This document shows positions 53,738 through 64,000 of a stretch of 64,000 nucleotides of DNA, piece after piece (position 1 is the stretch's first letter; each line of letters starts with the position of its first letter). The translations under genes were made by a program, and so were the position numbers. Source of the stretch: an uncultured Actinomycetota bacterium (GTDB lineage Bacteria; Actinomycetota; Actinomycetes; JAFAQI01); contig CAVYQE010000010.1 of the NCBI GenBank assembly GCA_963770565.1, positions 128,001-192,000 of the forward strand, written 5' to 3'. Under the pieces are notes generated by a model. The model ran no database searches. It saw only the letters and a program-made list of their open reading frames with translations, and was not told the DNA's origin.

Positions 53738-54028
53738 CTATGGCGCAGGCGTCTGGTCGCCTGAGGCGACCGGCTGCGGCGGAGCCTCGGCGACAACGGG
53801 CGCAGCCGGAGGGGCAACCGGCGCCACCGGGGCCACTGGCAAGGCCGCCTGCTGGACGGCCTGGGTGTTGGCGGTGCCGTCGTCGTCGTGCAGGTCCTTC
53901 AGCTCGGTCTTGAGGATTCGTGCGGAGCGACCAAGCGAACGCGCGGCGTCAGGGAGCTTCTTCGCCCCGAACAGCAGCACGAACACAGCGGCCACGATCA
54001 GCAAGTGCCACGGCCCGAACTCGCCCAT
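53738..54028 (-). CDS. tatA: twin-arginine translocase subunit TatA
   Basis: MGEFGPWH...[23 protein letters not shown]. Confidence 0.95.
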   Translation of the reverse strand: MGEFGPWHLLIVAAVFVLLFGAKKLPDAARSLGRSARILKTELKDLHDDDGTANTQAVQQAALPVAPVAPVAPPAAPVVAEAPPQPVASGDQTPAP

Positions 54029-54076
54029 GAGAGTTCCTCTCGCTCGACGTTCCAAGTCTACTTCGTGCGGGGGCTC

Positions 54077-54256
54077 TCAGCGGTTCGGAGGAGTGATCCT
54101 CGACAACTCGTCCGTTACCGCCGCAATCTTCGCCCCCGCCGCGCTCACCTCGCGGCCGAACTGCCGGACCTGGCGCCATAGCCGGAGCGCACACCCGGCG
54201 AGCACGGCCAGCCCGGCGACGCCGATGACGACGTAGAAGGCGATCCAGGCGGCCAC
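54077..54256 (-). CDS. small single-pass membrane protein (59 aa, below ORF-track cutoff)
   Basis: Own translation MAAWIAFYVVIGVAGLAVLAGCALRLWRQVRQFGREVSAAGAKIAAVTDELSRITPPNR; TAGACT just upstream (leaderless). Confidence 0.7.
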   Translation of the reverse strand: MAAWIAFYVVIGVAGLAVLAGCALRLWRQVRQFGREVSAAGAKIAAVTDELSRITPPNR

Positions 54257-54297
54257 GCGGGCAGTCTAGGGGCCCGGCAGAGGGGGTGTGGCGCCGC

Positions 54298-54630
54298 TCA
54301 GCGGTGCGCGGGCATGGTGGCGCGGGCGGCGAGCATGTCGTCCCGGCCGAGCTGGAGCACGAAGTCCAGCAGGTCGTCGTAGGTCAGGTCCGGGCCCGGC
54401 TTGGGCTCGAGCGCCTCGGCGGGCACCTCCCACACCTCCGCGCGGACTCCGCCCGACATCAGCAACGACACGATGTGGTCGTCAGCCGGCTTGCGGATGG
54501 ACTCTTCGCACTCGGGGCAGGTGAAGGAGTAGTACGACAGCGGACCGTGACTGCACACCCGCAGCGCGATGTCGCCGCTGGTGAGTTCCACCTCACCGCA
54601 GCTGGGGCAAGAAGCCTTGATGGTGGTCAC
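54298..54630 (-). CDS. hypothetical zinc-ribbon protein
   Basis: CPSC and CPEC pairs; LTYDDLLDF C-terminus; SD GGAGG. Confidence 0.75.
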   Translation of the reverse strand: MTTIKASCPSCGEVELTSGDIALRVCSHGPLSYYSFTCPECEESIRKPADDHIVSLLMSGGVRAEVWEVPAEALEPKPGPDLTYDDLLDFVLQLGRDDMLAARATMPAHR

Positions 54631-54719
54631 GGCTACCGTCCCTCCGGGTCCGCGTCACGCAGGGCTCGTGACGTAGGACTTCCTTCGGCATGTGACCGGC
54701 TTGGCTTGAAGGCCGTTTG

Positions 54720-55686
54720 CTACACCTGTTGCTCCACCTGATAGCCCGAAAGTGTCGTAATTGCGACATCGTGGACGTCCTGTGCGAGGTCGGCAGGTTC
54801 GGTAATCCGTCCCCGGCCGGCCAGGCCGAGCGCCAGCCGCCGCAGCCAGGCCTCGTCCCGCACCCGGAGCCGGACGATCAAGCCGCCGTCGCCGCGCTCG
54901 GCGACCTCCTCGCACGGGTAGTAGTCGGCGAACCAGCGCACCGGCGGGTCCAGCGAGAAGGTCACCAGCCGGTCGTCGAGAGGCCGGCGTGAACAGCCCC
55001 GCGTCGAGCGCGCGTTTGCGGGTCTCGTCGGGGACGTCGACTCCGACGTCGAGCACGGCGATCTCCAGCACCCGGTCGAGCCGGAAGGTGCGCAGGTCGT
55101 CGACGAGGTAGCACCAGCCGGCCAAGTAGGCCCGCCCGTCGGTCGTGAACAGCCGGAGCGGGTCCACGTCCCGTTCGGTGGCCTCGTCGCGGGCCGGCAC
55201 CCAGTAGCGCAACCGCAGCCGCCGAGCGCGCGCCAGCGCGTCGGCGGCGGTCGCTACCACCTGGGCGTCACTGTCGCTCGACGGCGCCGCTACCACCCGA
55301 TCGGTCGCCGCAGTGCCGCCGGCCGCGCTCTCGAGCTTGGCCAGGGCGCGGTCGATCGCGGTCCGCTCGACGATCCCCGGCTCCTCGGACAGCACCCGCA
55401 GGGCGGTCACGAGCGCGAGCGCCTCCTCCGAGGTCAGGCGCAGCGGGCGAGCGATCTCGTCGGCGTTGCTGAGCGTCACCCGGTCGCCCTGCCAGGTGAC
55501 GTCGATCAGGTCCCCCGGCCCGTAGCCGGGCAGGCCGCACATCCAGAGCAGGTTCAGGTCGGCCCGTAGTTGCTGCTCGGTGACGTCGAACTCCCGCGCC
55601 ACCTCGGCCACCGGAGTCCCCGGGTGGGCGAGCAGCCAGGGCACCACCGCGAGCAGGCGGGGCAGGTGGTCAGTCGCGCCGCTCAT
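54720..55686 (-). pseudogene. pafC: WYL-domain regulator PafC, frameshifted near 54980 (mutation or sequencing error)
   Basis: RLLAVVPWL, CGLPGYGPGDLID, WYL core RTFRLDRV; the expected C-terminal domain (RWFADYYP...WLRRLALGL) is in another frame, 54720-54965. Confidence 0.8.
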
Positions 55687-56642
55687 GCCGGCTCCGCGAT
55701 CAGGGCCTGCAACCGGCGTACGACGGCCTCCCGCGCCTCGGCCGGCGACAAGACGATCGCGTCCGCGCCGTACCCGAGGACCTGGTCGGCGAGCCGCTGC
55801 GCGTCCGGGTAGGGCACCGAGAGGATGTCCCAGCCGTCGCCGCCGTCGACCTCCTCGACCGCCTGGCGGCGCAGGCCGATCGCCCGGTCATGTCGGACCT
55901 TGACCCGGGCCAGCACGGTCGGGGCCGCGGTGTCACTCTCCGACACGAGCGCGGTCAGGTCGATGCCCTCCGGCACCGTGACCACACCGGCCGGGCCCTC
56001 TGCATGCGGCTCGGTGGTCATCCGCGAGAGCCGGAAGACCCGCGGCGCCGCCCGGTCGACGTCGTGACCGACGAGGTACCACCGGCCGTGCCACCACACC
56101 ACGCCCCAGGGCTCGACCTGGCGGGTCTGGGCCTCGGTGTCAGAGGCGCCGCGATACTCGAAGTGCACCCGGCGACCGGTCCGCATCGCTTCGTCGACCG
56201 CCGGCAGCCCGCTGCTGACCGCGCCCACCCCGGGCTGCAGACCTTCCGGCAGCGGGGTGATCTCGACCCCGGCCGCCTCGAGCTTGCGCAGTGCGCGGGT
56301 GACCGGGCCGCCGAGCGCCGCCGACGACCAGACCCGGGCAGCCAGCCCGACCGCGGCCGCCTCGTCGGGCTCGAGCGTCACATCGGGCAGGGCGTAGTCG
56401 TTGCGGGCGATCCGGTAGCCGACCTCGTCCTCCCACCCGTGGAGTGACCCGGTCTCGAGCGGGATGCCGAGGTCGCGCAGGTCTTCCTTGTCGCGCTCGA
56501 ACATCCGCTTGAAGGCCTCGTCGGAGGCGGCGTCGCCGTACCCGGGGATGGTCTCCCGGAGCCGCTCCGCGCTGATGAACGAGCGCGTGTGGAGCAGGCA
56601 GATCACCAGATTGATCAGCCGCTCGGTCCGCTCTGCCGCCAT
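55683..56642 (-). CDS. pafB: WYL-domain regulator PafB
   Basis: RTERLINLVICLL, AFKRMFERDKEDLRDLGIP, RQVEPWG, WYLVGHD, FRLSR. Confidence 0.93.
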   Translation of the reverse strand: MAAERTERLINLVICLLHTRSFISAERLRETIPGYGDAASDEAFKRMFERDKEDLRDLGIPLETGSLHGWEDEVGYRIARNDYALPDVTLEPDEAAAVGLAARVWSSAALGGPVTRALRKLEAAGVEITPLPEGLQPGVGAVSSGLPAVDEAMRTGRRVHFEYRGASDTEAQTRQVEPWGVVWWHGRWYLVGHDVDRAAPRVFRLSRMTTEPHAEGPAGVVTVPEGIDLTALVSESDTAAPTVLARVKVRHDRAIGLRRQAVEEVDGGDGWDILSVPYPDAQRLADQVLGYGADAIVLSPAEAREAVVRRLQALIAEPA

Positions 56643-56719
56643 GGCCGACGACGCTACCCCGCGCGCGTGGCCGCCCGGCGTGACCACCGCCGAGTGTCGG
56701 CAGCGTAGGGTCGCGATCC

Positions 56720-57787
56720 GTGATCCGGTGGCGGGACGGTCGGGTGGTCGAGGTGACCGCGCGGCGGACCGGCGCGGTCGAGTTGCGGGTGTCGACCGCC
56801 GAGGGCGAGCTGGCCGCGCTCGCCTACCCGGAGCTGGTTGGCGACCCGGCGCCCGGCGACCGAGTGCTGCTCAACACCACCGCGGTGTCACTGGATCTCG
56901 GCACCGGCGGGTTCGCGCTGGTGGTCGCGATCCCCGATCGGCTACCGACCGACCGCGACGAGCCGGGTCACATCGTCAAGGCCCGCTACACCCCGCTCCA
57001 GGCCACCGTCCTGGCCGTCGACGAGCAGGACTCCCCCCATCACGAGATCCTGCGCGACGCCGACGACCTCGCCGGGCTGCCGGTGGTCGTCGCGGACCTG
57101 CACTCCGCACTGCCGGCGATCATCGCCGGGCTGCGGATGGACGGCCGGTCGCCGCGCGTCGTCTACGTGATGACCGACGGCGGCGCGCTGCCGCTCGGGC
57201 TGTCCCGGTCGGTCGACGGGCTGCGCAGCGCGGGCTGGCTGGATGCGTGCGTGACGGTCGGCCAGGCGTACGGCGGCGACGTCGAGGCGGTCACGCCGCA
57301 CACCGGGCTGTTGGCCGCTCGACTCGTGCTGGGCGCGGACGTCGCGATCGTGACGCAGGGGCCTGGCAATCTCGGGACCGGCACCCGATGGGGCTTCAGC
57401 GGAGTGGCGAGCGGCGAGGCGATCAACGCGGTCGCCGCCTTGGGTGGGCGCCCGGTCGCCGCACTGCGGCTCAGCGAGGTCGACCCTCGAGAGCGTCATC
57501 GCGGCGTGTCCCATCACTCGCTGACGTCACTCGGGCGGGTCGCGCTCGCGCCGGCCGAGATCGCGGTGCCGCATCTCGGCTCGGACTTCGGGGCCCAGGT
57601 GCGCGGGGACGCCGCGGCGCTGTCTCCCCCGCATCGGCTGGTCGACGTCGATGTCGACGGCGTGCTCGGGGCGCTCGAAGGGTCACCGGTGCCGCTGTCG
57701 AGCATGGGTCGAACGCTCAGCGACGATCCGTCGTACTTCGTCGGTTGTGCGGTCGCCGGCCGGCACGCCGCAACGCTCCTGCCATAG
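56720..57787 (+). CDS. DUF3866 family protein
   Basis: MIRWRDG, NTTAVSLDLGTGG, GHIVKARYTPLQ, DLHSAL, QGPGNLGTGT, GVSHHS. Confidence 0.85.
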   Translation: MIRWRDGRVVEVTARRTGAVELRVSTAEGELAALAYPELVGDPAPGDRVLLNTTAVSLDLGTGGFALVVAIPDRLPTDRDEPGHIVKARYTPLQATVLAVDEQDSPHHEILRDADDLAGLPVVVADLHSALPAIIAGLRMDGRSPRVVYVMTDGGALPLGLSRSVDGLRSAGWLDACVTVGQAYGGDVEAVTPHTGLLAARLVLGADVAIVTQGPGNLGTGTRWGFSGVASGEAINAVAALGGRPVAALRLSEVDPRERHRGVSHHSLTSLGRVALAPAEIAVPHLGSDFGAQVRGDAAALSPPHRLVDVDVDGVLGALEGSPVPLSSMGRTLSDDPSYFVGCAVAGRHAATLLP

Positions 57788-57818
57788 CCCCACCAATGGG
57801 CCATCCGTATGTCGCGGG

Positions 57819-59177
57819 CTACATGCTCGCGATCAGCTTTTCGACCCGGTCGTCGACGGAGCGGAATGGGTCCTTGCACAGAACGGTGCGCTGCGCCTGG
57901 TCGTTGAGCTTGAGGTGCACCCAGTCGACGGTGAAGTCGCGGCGCTTCTCCTGCGCCCGACCGATGAAGTCGCCGCGCAGCCGGGCCCTCGTGGTCTGCG
58001 GCGGCACCGACTTGGCCTCGAAGATCTTCAGGTCGGTGGTGACCCGCTCGACCGCGTTGCGGCGCTCGAGCAGGTAGTACAGGCCCCGTCGGCGGCTCAC
58101 GTCGTGGTAGGCGAGGTCGAGCTGCGCGACCCGGGGCGAGGAGAGCTGGAGGTTGTGCTTCTCGCGATACCGCTCGATCAGCTGGTACTTCATCACCCAG
58201 TCGATCTCGCGCTCGACCAGGCTCAGGTCACCCGTGTCGACCGCCTTCAAGGTGCGTTCCCACAGCTCGAGCACCCGGTTGGTCGTGGCGTCGCCACCGC
58301 GGCGTTGCACGAAGTCGCGGGCCTTGACGAAGTACTCCTGCTGGATGTCGAGGGCGCTTGCTTCACGGCTGTTGGCGAGCTTGACGGTCCGCCGACCGGT
58401 CACGTCGTGGCTGACCTCGCGGATCGCGCGGATCGCGTTCTCGAGAGTCAGGTCGCGCATCACGACGCCGGCTTCAATCATCCGTAGGACCAGATCGGTC
58501 GTCCCGACCTTGAGCAAGGTCGTTGCCTCGGACATGTTGCTGTCGCCGACGATGACGTGGAGGCGGCGGAACCGCTCGGCGTCGGCGTGCGGCTCGTCTC
58601 GGGTGTTGATGATCGGCCGGCTGCGCGTGGTCGCCGAGGAGACGCCCTCCCAGATGTGCTCGGCCCGCTGGCTGACGCAGTAGACCGCACCGCGCGGGGT
58701 CAGCAGCACCTTGCCGGCGCCGCAGATGATCTGACGGGTCACCAGGAACGGGATCAGTACGTCGGCCAGCCGGCTGAACTCGCCGTGCCGGCCGACCAGG
58801 TAGTTCTCGTGACAGCCATAGGAGTTGCCGGCCGAGTCGGTGTTGTTTTTGAACAGGTAGATGTCGCCGGCGATGCCTTCCTCGCGCAGCCGCCGCTCGG
58901 CGTCCATCAGCAGGCCTTCGAGGGTCCGCTCCCCCGCCTTGTCGTGCGTGACGAGCTCGACGATGTCGTCGCACTCGGGCGTCGCGTACTCCGGGTGGGA
59001 GCCGACGTCGAGATAGAGCCGGGCGCCGTTCTTCAGGAAGACGTTGCTGCTGCGTCCCCACGAGACGACCCGGCGGAACAGGTAGCGGGCGACCTCGTCC
59101 GGCGAGAGCCGGCGCTGGCCACGGAAGGTGCACGTGACGCCGTACTCGTTCTCCAGGCCGAAGATCCGCCGGTCCAC
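57819..59177 (-). CDS. pafA: Pup-protein ligase
   Basis: [53 protein letters not shown]. Confidence 0.97.
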   Translation of the reverse strand: MDRRIFGLENEYGVTCTFRGQRRLSPDEVARYLFRRVVSWGRSSNVFLKNGARLYLDVGSHPEYATPECDDIVELVTHDKAGERTLEGLLMDAERRLREEGIAGDIYLFKNNTDSAGNSYGCHENYLVGRHGEFSRLADVLIPFLVTRQIICGAGKVLLTPRGAVYCVSQRAEHIWEGVSSATTRSRPIINTRDEPHADAERFRRLHVIVGDSNMSEATTLLKVGTTDLVLRMIEAGVVMRDLTLENAIRAIREVSHDVTGRRTVKLANSREASALDIQQEYFVKARDFVQRRGGDATTNRVLELWERTLKAVDTGDLSLVEREIDWVMKYQLIERYREKHNLQLSSPRVAQLDLAYHDVSRRRGLYYLLERRNAVERVTTDLKIFEAKSVPPQTTRARLRGDFIGRAQEKRRDFTVDWVHLKLNDQAQRTVLCKDPFRSVDDRVEKLIASM

Positions 59178-59234
59178 CAGGTCAGACTATGGTCCGCGCG
59201 GCCAACTGCCCCGCATCTGCGCACAACGGACCCG

Positions 59235-59942
59235 TCACTGCGCCGTCAGCAGTGGCTCCACCTGCGCGTCGGTGAGCCGGCGGAAGGTACGCCGCGGCCG
59301 GTTGCGCTCCAGCACCGCCACCTCGAGTTGGGTGGCCGGAATCGTGCGCGCGGCCTCGCCCTCCGCGTCAGCGGCCACGATCGAGGTCACCGCGAGCCGA
59401 AGGCCTTCGCCGAGCGGGATGTCGTCCCGATGCCCCTCGCGCATGGCGGTGCCGATCGCCTCGGCCGAGCCACCCATCACGACGAGCCCGTGCTCGTCGG
59501 CGACGCTGCCGTCGTAGGTCAGCCGGTAGAGCTGGTCCTCGGCGACCGTCTCACCGACCTCGGCGACGGTGATCTCGACCTCGAACGGCTTCTCGCCGGC
59601 GCTGGAGAAGATCGTCCCGAGGATCTGCGCGTAGGTGTTGGCGAGTGCCCGGCCGGTGACATCGCGCCGGTCGTAGGAGTAGCCCCGCAGGTCGGCCATC
59701 CGGACGCCGGCCACCCGCAGATTCTCGAACTCGTTGTATTTGCCGACCGCGGCGAACGCGATCCGGTCGTAGATCTCGGAGATCTTGTGCAGCGCGCTCG
59801 ACGGGTTCTCGGCCACGAACAGGATGCCGTCCGCGTAGGTCATGACCAGCACGGCCCGACCCCGAGCAGTGCCTTTTCGGGCGTAGTCCGCCCGGTCCTT
59901 CATGATCTGCTCGGGCGAGACATAGCCGAAGGGCATCGTCAC
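59235..59942 (-). CDS. prcA: proteasome alpha subunit
   Basis: [42 protein letters not shown]. Confidence 0.96.
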   Translation of the reverse strand: MTMPFGYVSPEQIMKDRADYARKGTARGRAVLVMTYADGILFVAENPSSALHKISEIYDRIAFAAVGKYNEFENLRVAGVRMADLRGYSYDRRDVTGRALANTYAQILGTIFSSAGEKPFEVEITVAEVGETVAEDQLYRLTYDGSVADEHGLVVMGGSAEAIGTAMREGHRDDIPLGEGLRLAVTSIVAADAEGEAARTIPATQLEVAVLERNRPRRTFRRLTDAQVEPLLTAQ

Positions 59943-59996
59943 GTGCTCAGACTGCCTTTCTCGTCGTGAGGGCTCGGGTCCGGTCGGTCACCCTTG

Positions 59997-60851
59997 TCAC
60001 CGCATCGGGGCTTGCGGGCCGCCGGGGCTGGTCATCCGTTCGGCGACCACCTGCTCGGTTGTCGCAGCCACCTCGTCCTCGGACAGCTTGCGGAAGCCGT
60101 CTGCAGTGACGGAGGTGATCACCGGGTAGATCCGCCGGGTGAGGTCCGGCCCGCCGGTGGCGCTGTCGTCGTCGGCCGCGTCGTAGAGGGCATGCACACA
60201 GGCGAGTACGGCGTCGGCCTCGCCGAAGTCGTCGCGGAACAGCTTCTTCAGCGAGCCGCGGGCAAAAACACTGCCGGAGCCGACCGAGTAGAAACTGTGT
60301 TCCTCGTAGCGCCCACCGGTGACGTCGTAGGAGAAGATCCGGCCGGCCTCCGCCGGGCTCTCGGCCTCCAGGTCGTAACCCGCGAACAGCGGGACGACCG
60401 CGAGTCCCTGCATCGCCATCGGCAGGTTGTTGCGGATCAACAGCGAGAGCCGGTTCGCCTTGCCTTCCAGGCTGAGCGTGACGCCCTCGATCTTCTCGTA
60501 GTGCTCGAGCTCCACCTGGAACAACCGGACCAGCTCGACGGCCACTCCGGCGGTGCCGGCGATGCCGACCGCAGAGAACTCGTCGGCCTGGAAGACCTTC
60601 TCGATGTCGCGCTGGGCAATCAGGTTTCCCATCGTGGCCCGCCGGTCGCCGGCCAGGATCACCCCGGAGGTGTGGGTGATCCCCACGATGGTCGTGCCGT
60701 GCGGCGCGTCGACCATGACCGGGCCCGGGTTGGCCTGCGCCCGCTTGCCGGGCAATAGGTCGGGGGCATGGTCGGCCAGGAAGTCGCTGAACGAGCTGTT
60801 GCCCGCGGCGAAGAACGCCGCCGGCAGCGCCGCATTGTTGGAGATGTCCAC
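59997..60851 (-). CDS. prcB: proteasome beta subunit
   Basis: Propeptide SSFSDFL, cleavage site [26 protein letters not shown]. Confidence 0.96.
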   Translation of the reverse strand: MDISNNAALPAAFFAAGNSSFSDFLADHAPDLLPGKRAQANPGPVMVDAPHGTTIVGITHTSGVILAGDRRATMGNLIAQRDIEKVFQADEFSAVGIAGTAGVAVELVRLFQVELEHYEKIEGVTLSLEGKANRLSLLIRNNLPMAMQGLAVVPLFAGYDLEAESPAEAGRIFSYDVTGGRYEEHSFYSVGSGSVFARGSLKKLFRDDFGEADAVLACVHALYDAADDDSATGGPDLTRRIYPVITSVTADGFRKLSEDEVAATTEQVVAERMTSPGGPQAPMR

Positions 60852-60913
60852 GCCGTCAGCCTGTCACGACCGGGACCGGATTGCGCGTAGGGGTTCGCTG
60901 AAGGGCGAACGAG

Positions 60914-61576
60914 TCAAGCCGCGTGCGCCGAGCCGAAGCAGACCTCGATTACCACGCCGGGCGGCACCCGATACTCCTCGACGACGAACGGCGGCTCACT
61001 CTGGCGCCAGCGGATCAGGTAGTCGCCCAGGTTTCGGAGCACCTCGACGTCGTCCCGGACGTTGCCAAGCGCCTGATTGCAGTTGAAGCAGAGCATGCCG
61101 CGTACCGCTCCGCTCGCGTGGTCGTGATCGACGTGCTCCGGGTCCGGCCTCCTGCAGCCGGCACACCGTCCGCCCTGCTCCGCCAACATCCGATCCACAT
61201 CAACCAGCCCGATCCCATACCTCCGCCGAAGGTGACGCTCGCGGGTGCTCCCGTGGTTCTTGATGACATTCTTTCGGCAGCGGATGTTGTGGCAGGGCAG
61301 GCAATAGCGCCCGTAACCCCCTCGGCCGCTTCGATTGTGCGGGAAGTCAGCGAACGGCTTGATGGTCTCGCAGTCAGGGCACCATCGATGGCCCGGCGGA
61401 ATCACCCGACGAGGTTTCACGGGTCGACCCTGCGCCTCTCGCGACTTGTGACGAGATCGCATCGACCGCACGTTCATGCAGTCGCGGCAATAACTGGACC
61501 GGCCGTCTCGGCGATCCTTGGCCGGTGGAAAGTCTCCGAGCGGCTTCAACGCCTTGCAATCCCTGCACAGCTTCAT
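60914..61576 (-). CDS. endonuclease VII (HNH-type) domain protein with two N-terminal zinc fingers
   Basis: CRDC...CRDC and CPDC...CLPC; QGGRCAGC...HVDHDH...VRGMLCFNCNQALG. Confidence 0.88.
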   Translation of the reverse strand: MKLCRDCKALKPLGDFPPAKDRRDGRSSYCRDCMNVRSMRSRHKSREAQGRPVKPRRVIPPGHRWCPDCETIKPFADFPHNRSGRGGYGRYCLPCHNIRCRKNVIKNHGSTRERHLRRRYGIGLVDVDRMLAEQGGRCAGCRRPDPEHVDHDHASGAVRGMLCFNCNQALGNVRDDVEVLRNLGDYLIRWRQSEPPFVVEEYRVPPGVVIEVCFGSAHAA

Positions 61577-61616
61577 GGTCCCCCGTGTGGTCGAAAACCT
61601 AAACAGACATTAGAGG

Positions 61617-61826
61617 CTATTCCCCTCCTTTCTGGACGTAGCCCCTAACGAACTCTTCTGCGTTTGCTTCTAGGACATTGTCGATTTCGTCCAGGATGTC
61701 GTCGACGTCGTCGGTCAGTGCCTCGTGTCGTTCCTGCAGGTCAGAGGTGGACGCGTCCTCGACCTCTTCCGCCTCGCTCGTGCGCTTGGTCGCACGCTGC
61801 TGGCCGCCGTCATCACGGGTCGCCAT
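61617..61826 (-). CDS. pup: prokaryotic ubiquitin-like protein Pup (C-terminal GGE)
   Basis: DDILDEIDNVLEANAEEFVRGYVQKGGE; SD GGAGG. Confidence 0.96.
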   Translation of the reverse strand: MATRDDGGQQRATKRTSEAEEVEDASTSDLQERHEALTDDVDDILDEIDNVLEANAEEFVRGYVQKGGE

Positions 61827-61913
61827 GGAGCACCTCCGGTTGCGTCTTGATGCCCTGACGGTACCCGCCCGATCCCACGATTTGCCTGCTTTGCGCACGA
61901 CGGCGCGAGGGAG

Positions 61914-63449
61914 CTACCGGGCGTTGGTGATCTCGTCGACGAGCGCGGCTGCGGTGTCGCAGCGTTCGAGCAACTCGTCGACATGCGCCTTCGTGCCCCG
62001 CAGCGGCTCGAGCATCGGCACCCGCTGCAGCGACTCGCGGCCGACATCGAAGATGACCGAGTCCCACGACGCAGCGGCCACGTCGGCGGCGAACTTCGAC
62101 AGGCAGCGACCGCGGAAGTAGGCCCGGGTGTCCTCGGGCGGCTCAGTCACCGCGCGGACGATCTCGGCGTCGGTCAGCAGCCGCTGCATGGATCCGCGGG
62201 CGACCAGCCGGTTGTAGAGGCCCTTGTCCGGGCGGACGTCGCTGTACTGCAGGTCGACCAGGTGCAACTTCGGGGCGCTCCAGTCGAGGCCTTCGCGGTC
62301 TCGGTATCCCTGCAGGAGCGAGAGCTTCGCGACCCAGTCCAGCTCGTTGGCGAGCAGCATCGGATCGTCGGCCAGCCTGACCAGCACGTGCTCCCATCGC
62401 GACAGAACGTCGAGGGTCTGGTCGTCGGCGTCCGCGCCGTACCGGTCCTCGACGAACTTACGGGCCTGCTCGAGGAACTCCGCCTGCACCTGCAAGCCGG
62501 TCAACGTGCGGCCGTCGCGCATCGACACGGTGTGTCGGAGGGTCGGATCGTGGGAGATTCCCCGAAGCGCGGTGACTGGCGCGTCGATGCCCAGGTCGAC
62601 GTCGTTGTCGGCGAACCAGCGGTCCTCGATCATCGACAGGATCAGCGAGGTCGTGCCGAGCTTGAGGTACGTCGAGATCTCGCTCATGTTCGCGTCGCCG
62701 ATGATCACGTGCAGCCGGCGATAGCGCTCGGGATCGGCGTGCGGCTCGTCGCGGGTGTTGATGATCGGCCGCTTCAGGGTCGTCTCGAGACCGACCTCGA
62801 CCTCGAAGAAGTCGGCCCGCTGCGAGATCTGAAACCCGTGCTGATGGCCGTCCTGGCCGATTCCGACCCGGCCGGCGCCACACACGATCTGCCGGGTGAC
62901 GAAGAACGGGGTGAGGTAGCGGACGATGTCGCCAAAGGGCGTCTGGCGGCGCATCAGGTAGTTCTCGTGCGACCCGTACGACGCGCCCTTGTTGTCGGTG
63001 TTGTTCTTGTAGAGCTGGATCCGGCCGGCGCCGGGAATCTGCGCGGCGTACTCCGACGCCGTCACCATCACCAGCTCCCCCGCCTTGTCCCACGCCACGC
63101 CGTCGCGGGGGTTAGTGACCTCGGGGCTGGAGTACTCCGGATGTGCGTGGTCGACGTACAGGCGAGCGCCGTTGGTCAGGATGACGTTGGCCAGCCCGAC
63201 CTCGTCGTCGGGCAACACGTCCGCGGCTTCGTTCGCCACGGTCGGGCCGACGTCGAAGCCGCGCGCGTCGCGCAGCGGTGACTCCTCCTCGAAGTCCCAG
63301 CGCGGGCTACGGTCGCGCGACGACCCGGTTGTCGCGTTCAGGTAGCCGTTGACGATCTGGCTCGACGCGAGCATGTGGTTGGCCGCCGACTGCCCGGGCA
63401 CCGAGATGCCGTACTCGGTCTCCGTACCCATGACGCGGCGAACGGTCAT
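61914..63449 (-). CDS. dop: depupylase/deamidase Dop
   Basis: [50 protein letters not shown]. Confidence 0.96.
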   Translation of the reverse strand: MTVRRVMGTETEYGISVPGQSAANHMLASSQIVNGYLNATTGSSRDRSPRWDFEEESPLRDARGFDVGPTVANEAADVLPDDEVGLANVILTNGARLYVDHAHPEYSSPEVTNPRDGVAWDKAGELVMVTASEYAAQIPGAGRIQLYKNNTDNKGASYGSHENYLMRRQTPFGDIVRYLTPFFVTRQIVCGAGRVGIGQDGHQHGFQISQRADFFEVEVGLETTLKRPIINTRDEPHADPERYRRLHVIIGDANMSEISTYLKLGTTSLILSMIEDRWFADNDVDLGIDAPVTALRGISHDPTLRHTVSMRDGRTLTGLQVQAEFLEQARKFVEDRYGADADDQTLDVLSRWEHVLVRLADDPMLLANELDWVAKLSLLQGYRDREGLDWSAPKLHLVDLQYSDVRPDKGLYNRLVARGSMQRLLTDAEIVRAVTEPPEDTRAYFRGRCLSKFAADVAAASWDSVIFDVGRESLQRVPMLEPLRGTKAHVDELLERCDTAAALVDEITNAR

Positions 63450-63520
63450 GACACCAGCCTAGGCGTCCTTACCGGCAAGGCCGGACAGGCTGACGACGGA
63501 ATCGGGCGTGGTCGTGCCGA

Positions 63521-63679
63521 TGGCAAGGCCGCAGGGAGCGCCGCGTGCTGAAGCACGCAAGCGACCGAGAACGCCGCCAACGGTGCGACCGCGCCCGTGA
63601 ACGGTGTCAGGTTGTGTGGCTGGCAAGGCCGCAGGGAGCGCCGCGTGCTGAAGCACGCAAGCGAGCGAGAACGCCGCCA
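63521..63679. repeat. two 59-bp direct repeats (63521-63579, 63621-63679), REP-like
   Basis: TGGCAAGGCCGCAGGGAGCGCCGCGTGCTGAAGCACGCAAGCGA(C/G)CGAGAACGCCGCCA, one mismatch, internal hairpin GCGTGCT/AGCACGC. Confidence 0.85.
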
Positions 63680-63698
63680 GGCGCGCAACCTGGCGCCG

Positions 63699-64000
63699 TT
63701 ACAGGTATTGGCCGGTGTTGGCGACCGTATCGATCGACCGGCCGGACTCGTCGCCCTGCTTGCCGGTGATGAGCGTACGGATGTAGACGATCCGCTCGCC
63801 CTTCTTTCCGGAGATCCGCGCCCAGTCGTCGGGGTTGGTCGTGTTGGGCAGGTCCTCGTTCTCCTTGAACTCATCGACACATGCGGTGAGCAGATGGCTG
63901 ACCCGCAGGCCCTTCTGGCCTGACGACAGGAAGTCCTTGATCGCCATCTTCTTCGCGCGCGCGACGATGTTCTCGATCATGGCGCCGGAGTTGAAGTCCT
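63699..64000 (-). CDS. arc: proteasome ATPase ARC/Mpa (3' end only)
   Basis: [38 protein letters not shown]-terminal GQYL. Confidence 0.95.
   Translation of the reverse strand, partial: DFNSGAMIENIVARAKKMAIKDFLSSGQKGLRVSHLLTACVDEFKENEDLPNTTNPDDWARISGKKGERIVYIRTLITGKQGDESGRSIDTVANTGQYL

Noticed and set aside
53898-53914. Degenerate motif-like strings (TTCAGC-TCGGT-CTTGAG in tatA; CCCATG-TTGAG-GTCGAG at 44605)
   Set aside because: Too many mismatches and explained by ordinary codons
49163-56642. HelY helicase plus WYL proteins as an anti-phage defence system
   Set aside because: This is the standard actinobacterial pafBC-tatAC-helY neighbourhood
63521-63679. Repeat-spacer-repeat as a CRISPR array
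   Set aside because: Only two copies, 59 bp is too long for a typical CRISPR repeat, and no cas genes are present

Overview
High-GC actinobacterial chromosomal DNA, mostly core genes, that appears to span the replication terminus. A dif site (39849-39876) sits where gene orientation flips: genes to its left are mostly on +, genes to its right mostly on -. Left arm: tlyA-nadK-recN-steA-(secreted protein)-steB-glycan module-pyrG-NUDIX-ald-xerD-parA-scpAB-rluB-aroH-tyrA-cmk-der, tRNA-Pro(GGG), gcvH-garA-ftsR-like MerR-nuclease-MerR, a tandem glycine riboswitch and gcvP. Right arm: rbpA, lnt, lrp, helY, tatCA, pafBC and the Pup-proteasome locus (pafA, prcAB, pup, dop, partial arc). Main unexplained signals: (1) a 17-bp palindrome, CTCAAS-N5-STYGAG, repeated around dif, including inside genes where it breaks the GC-rich codon bias, which may mark a terminus-organising system; (2) a ~250-nt structured ncRNA candidate between lrp and lnt; (3) a pyrG leader that looks like a CTP-sensing start-site switch; (4) an endonuclease VII gene next to an AT-recoded pup 3' end; (5) two apparent frameshifts. 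All calls come from reading the sequence by eye; no searches were run, and many start codons are best estimates.
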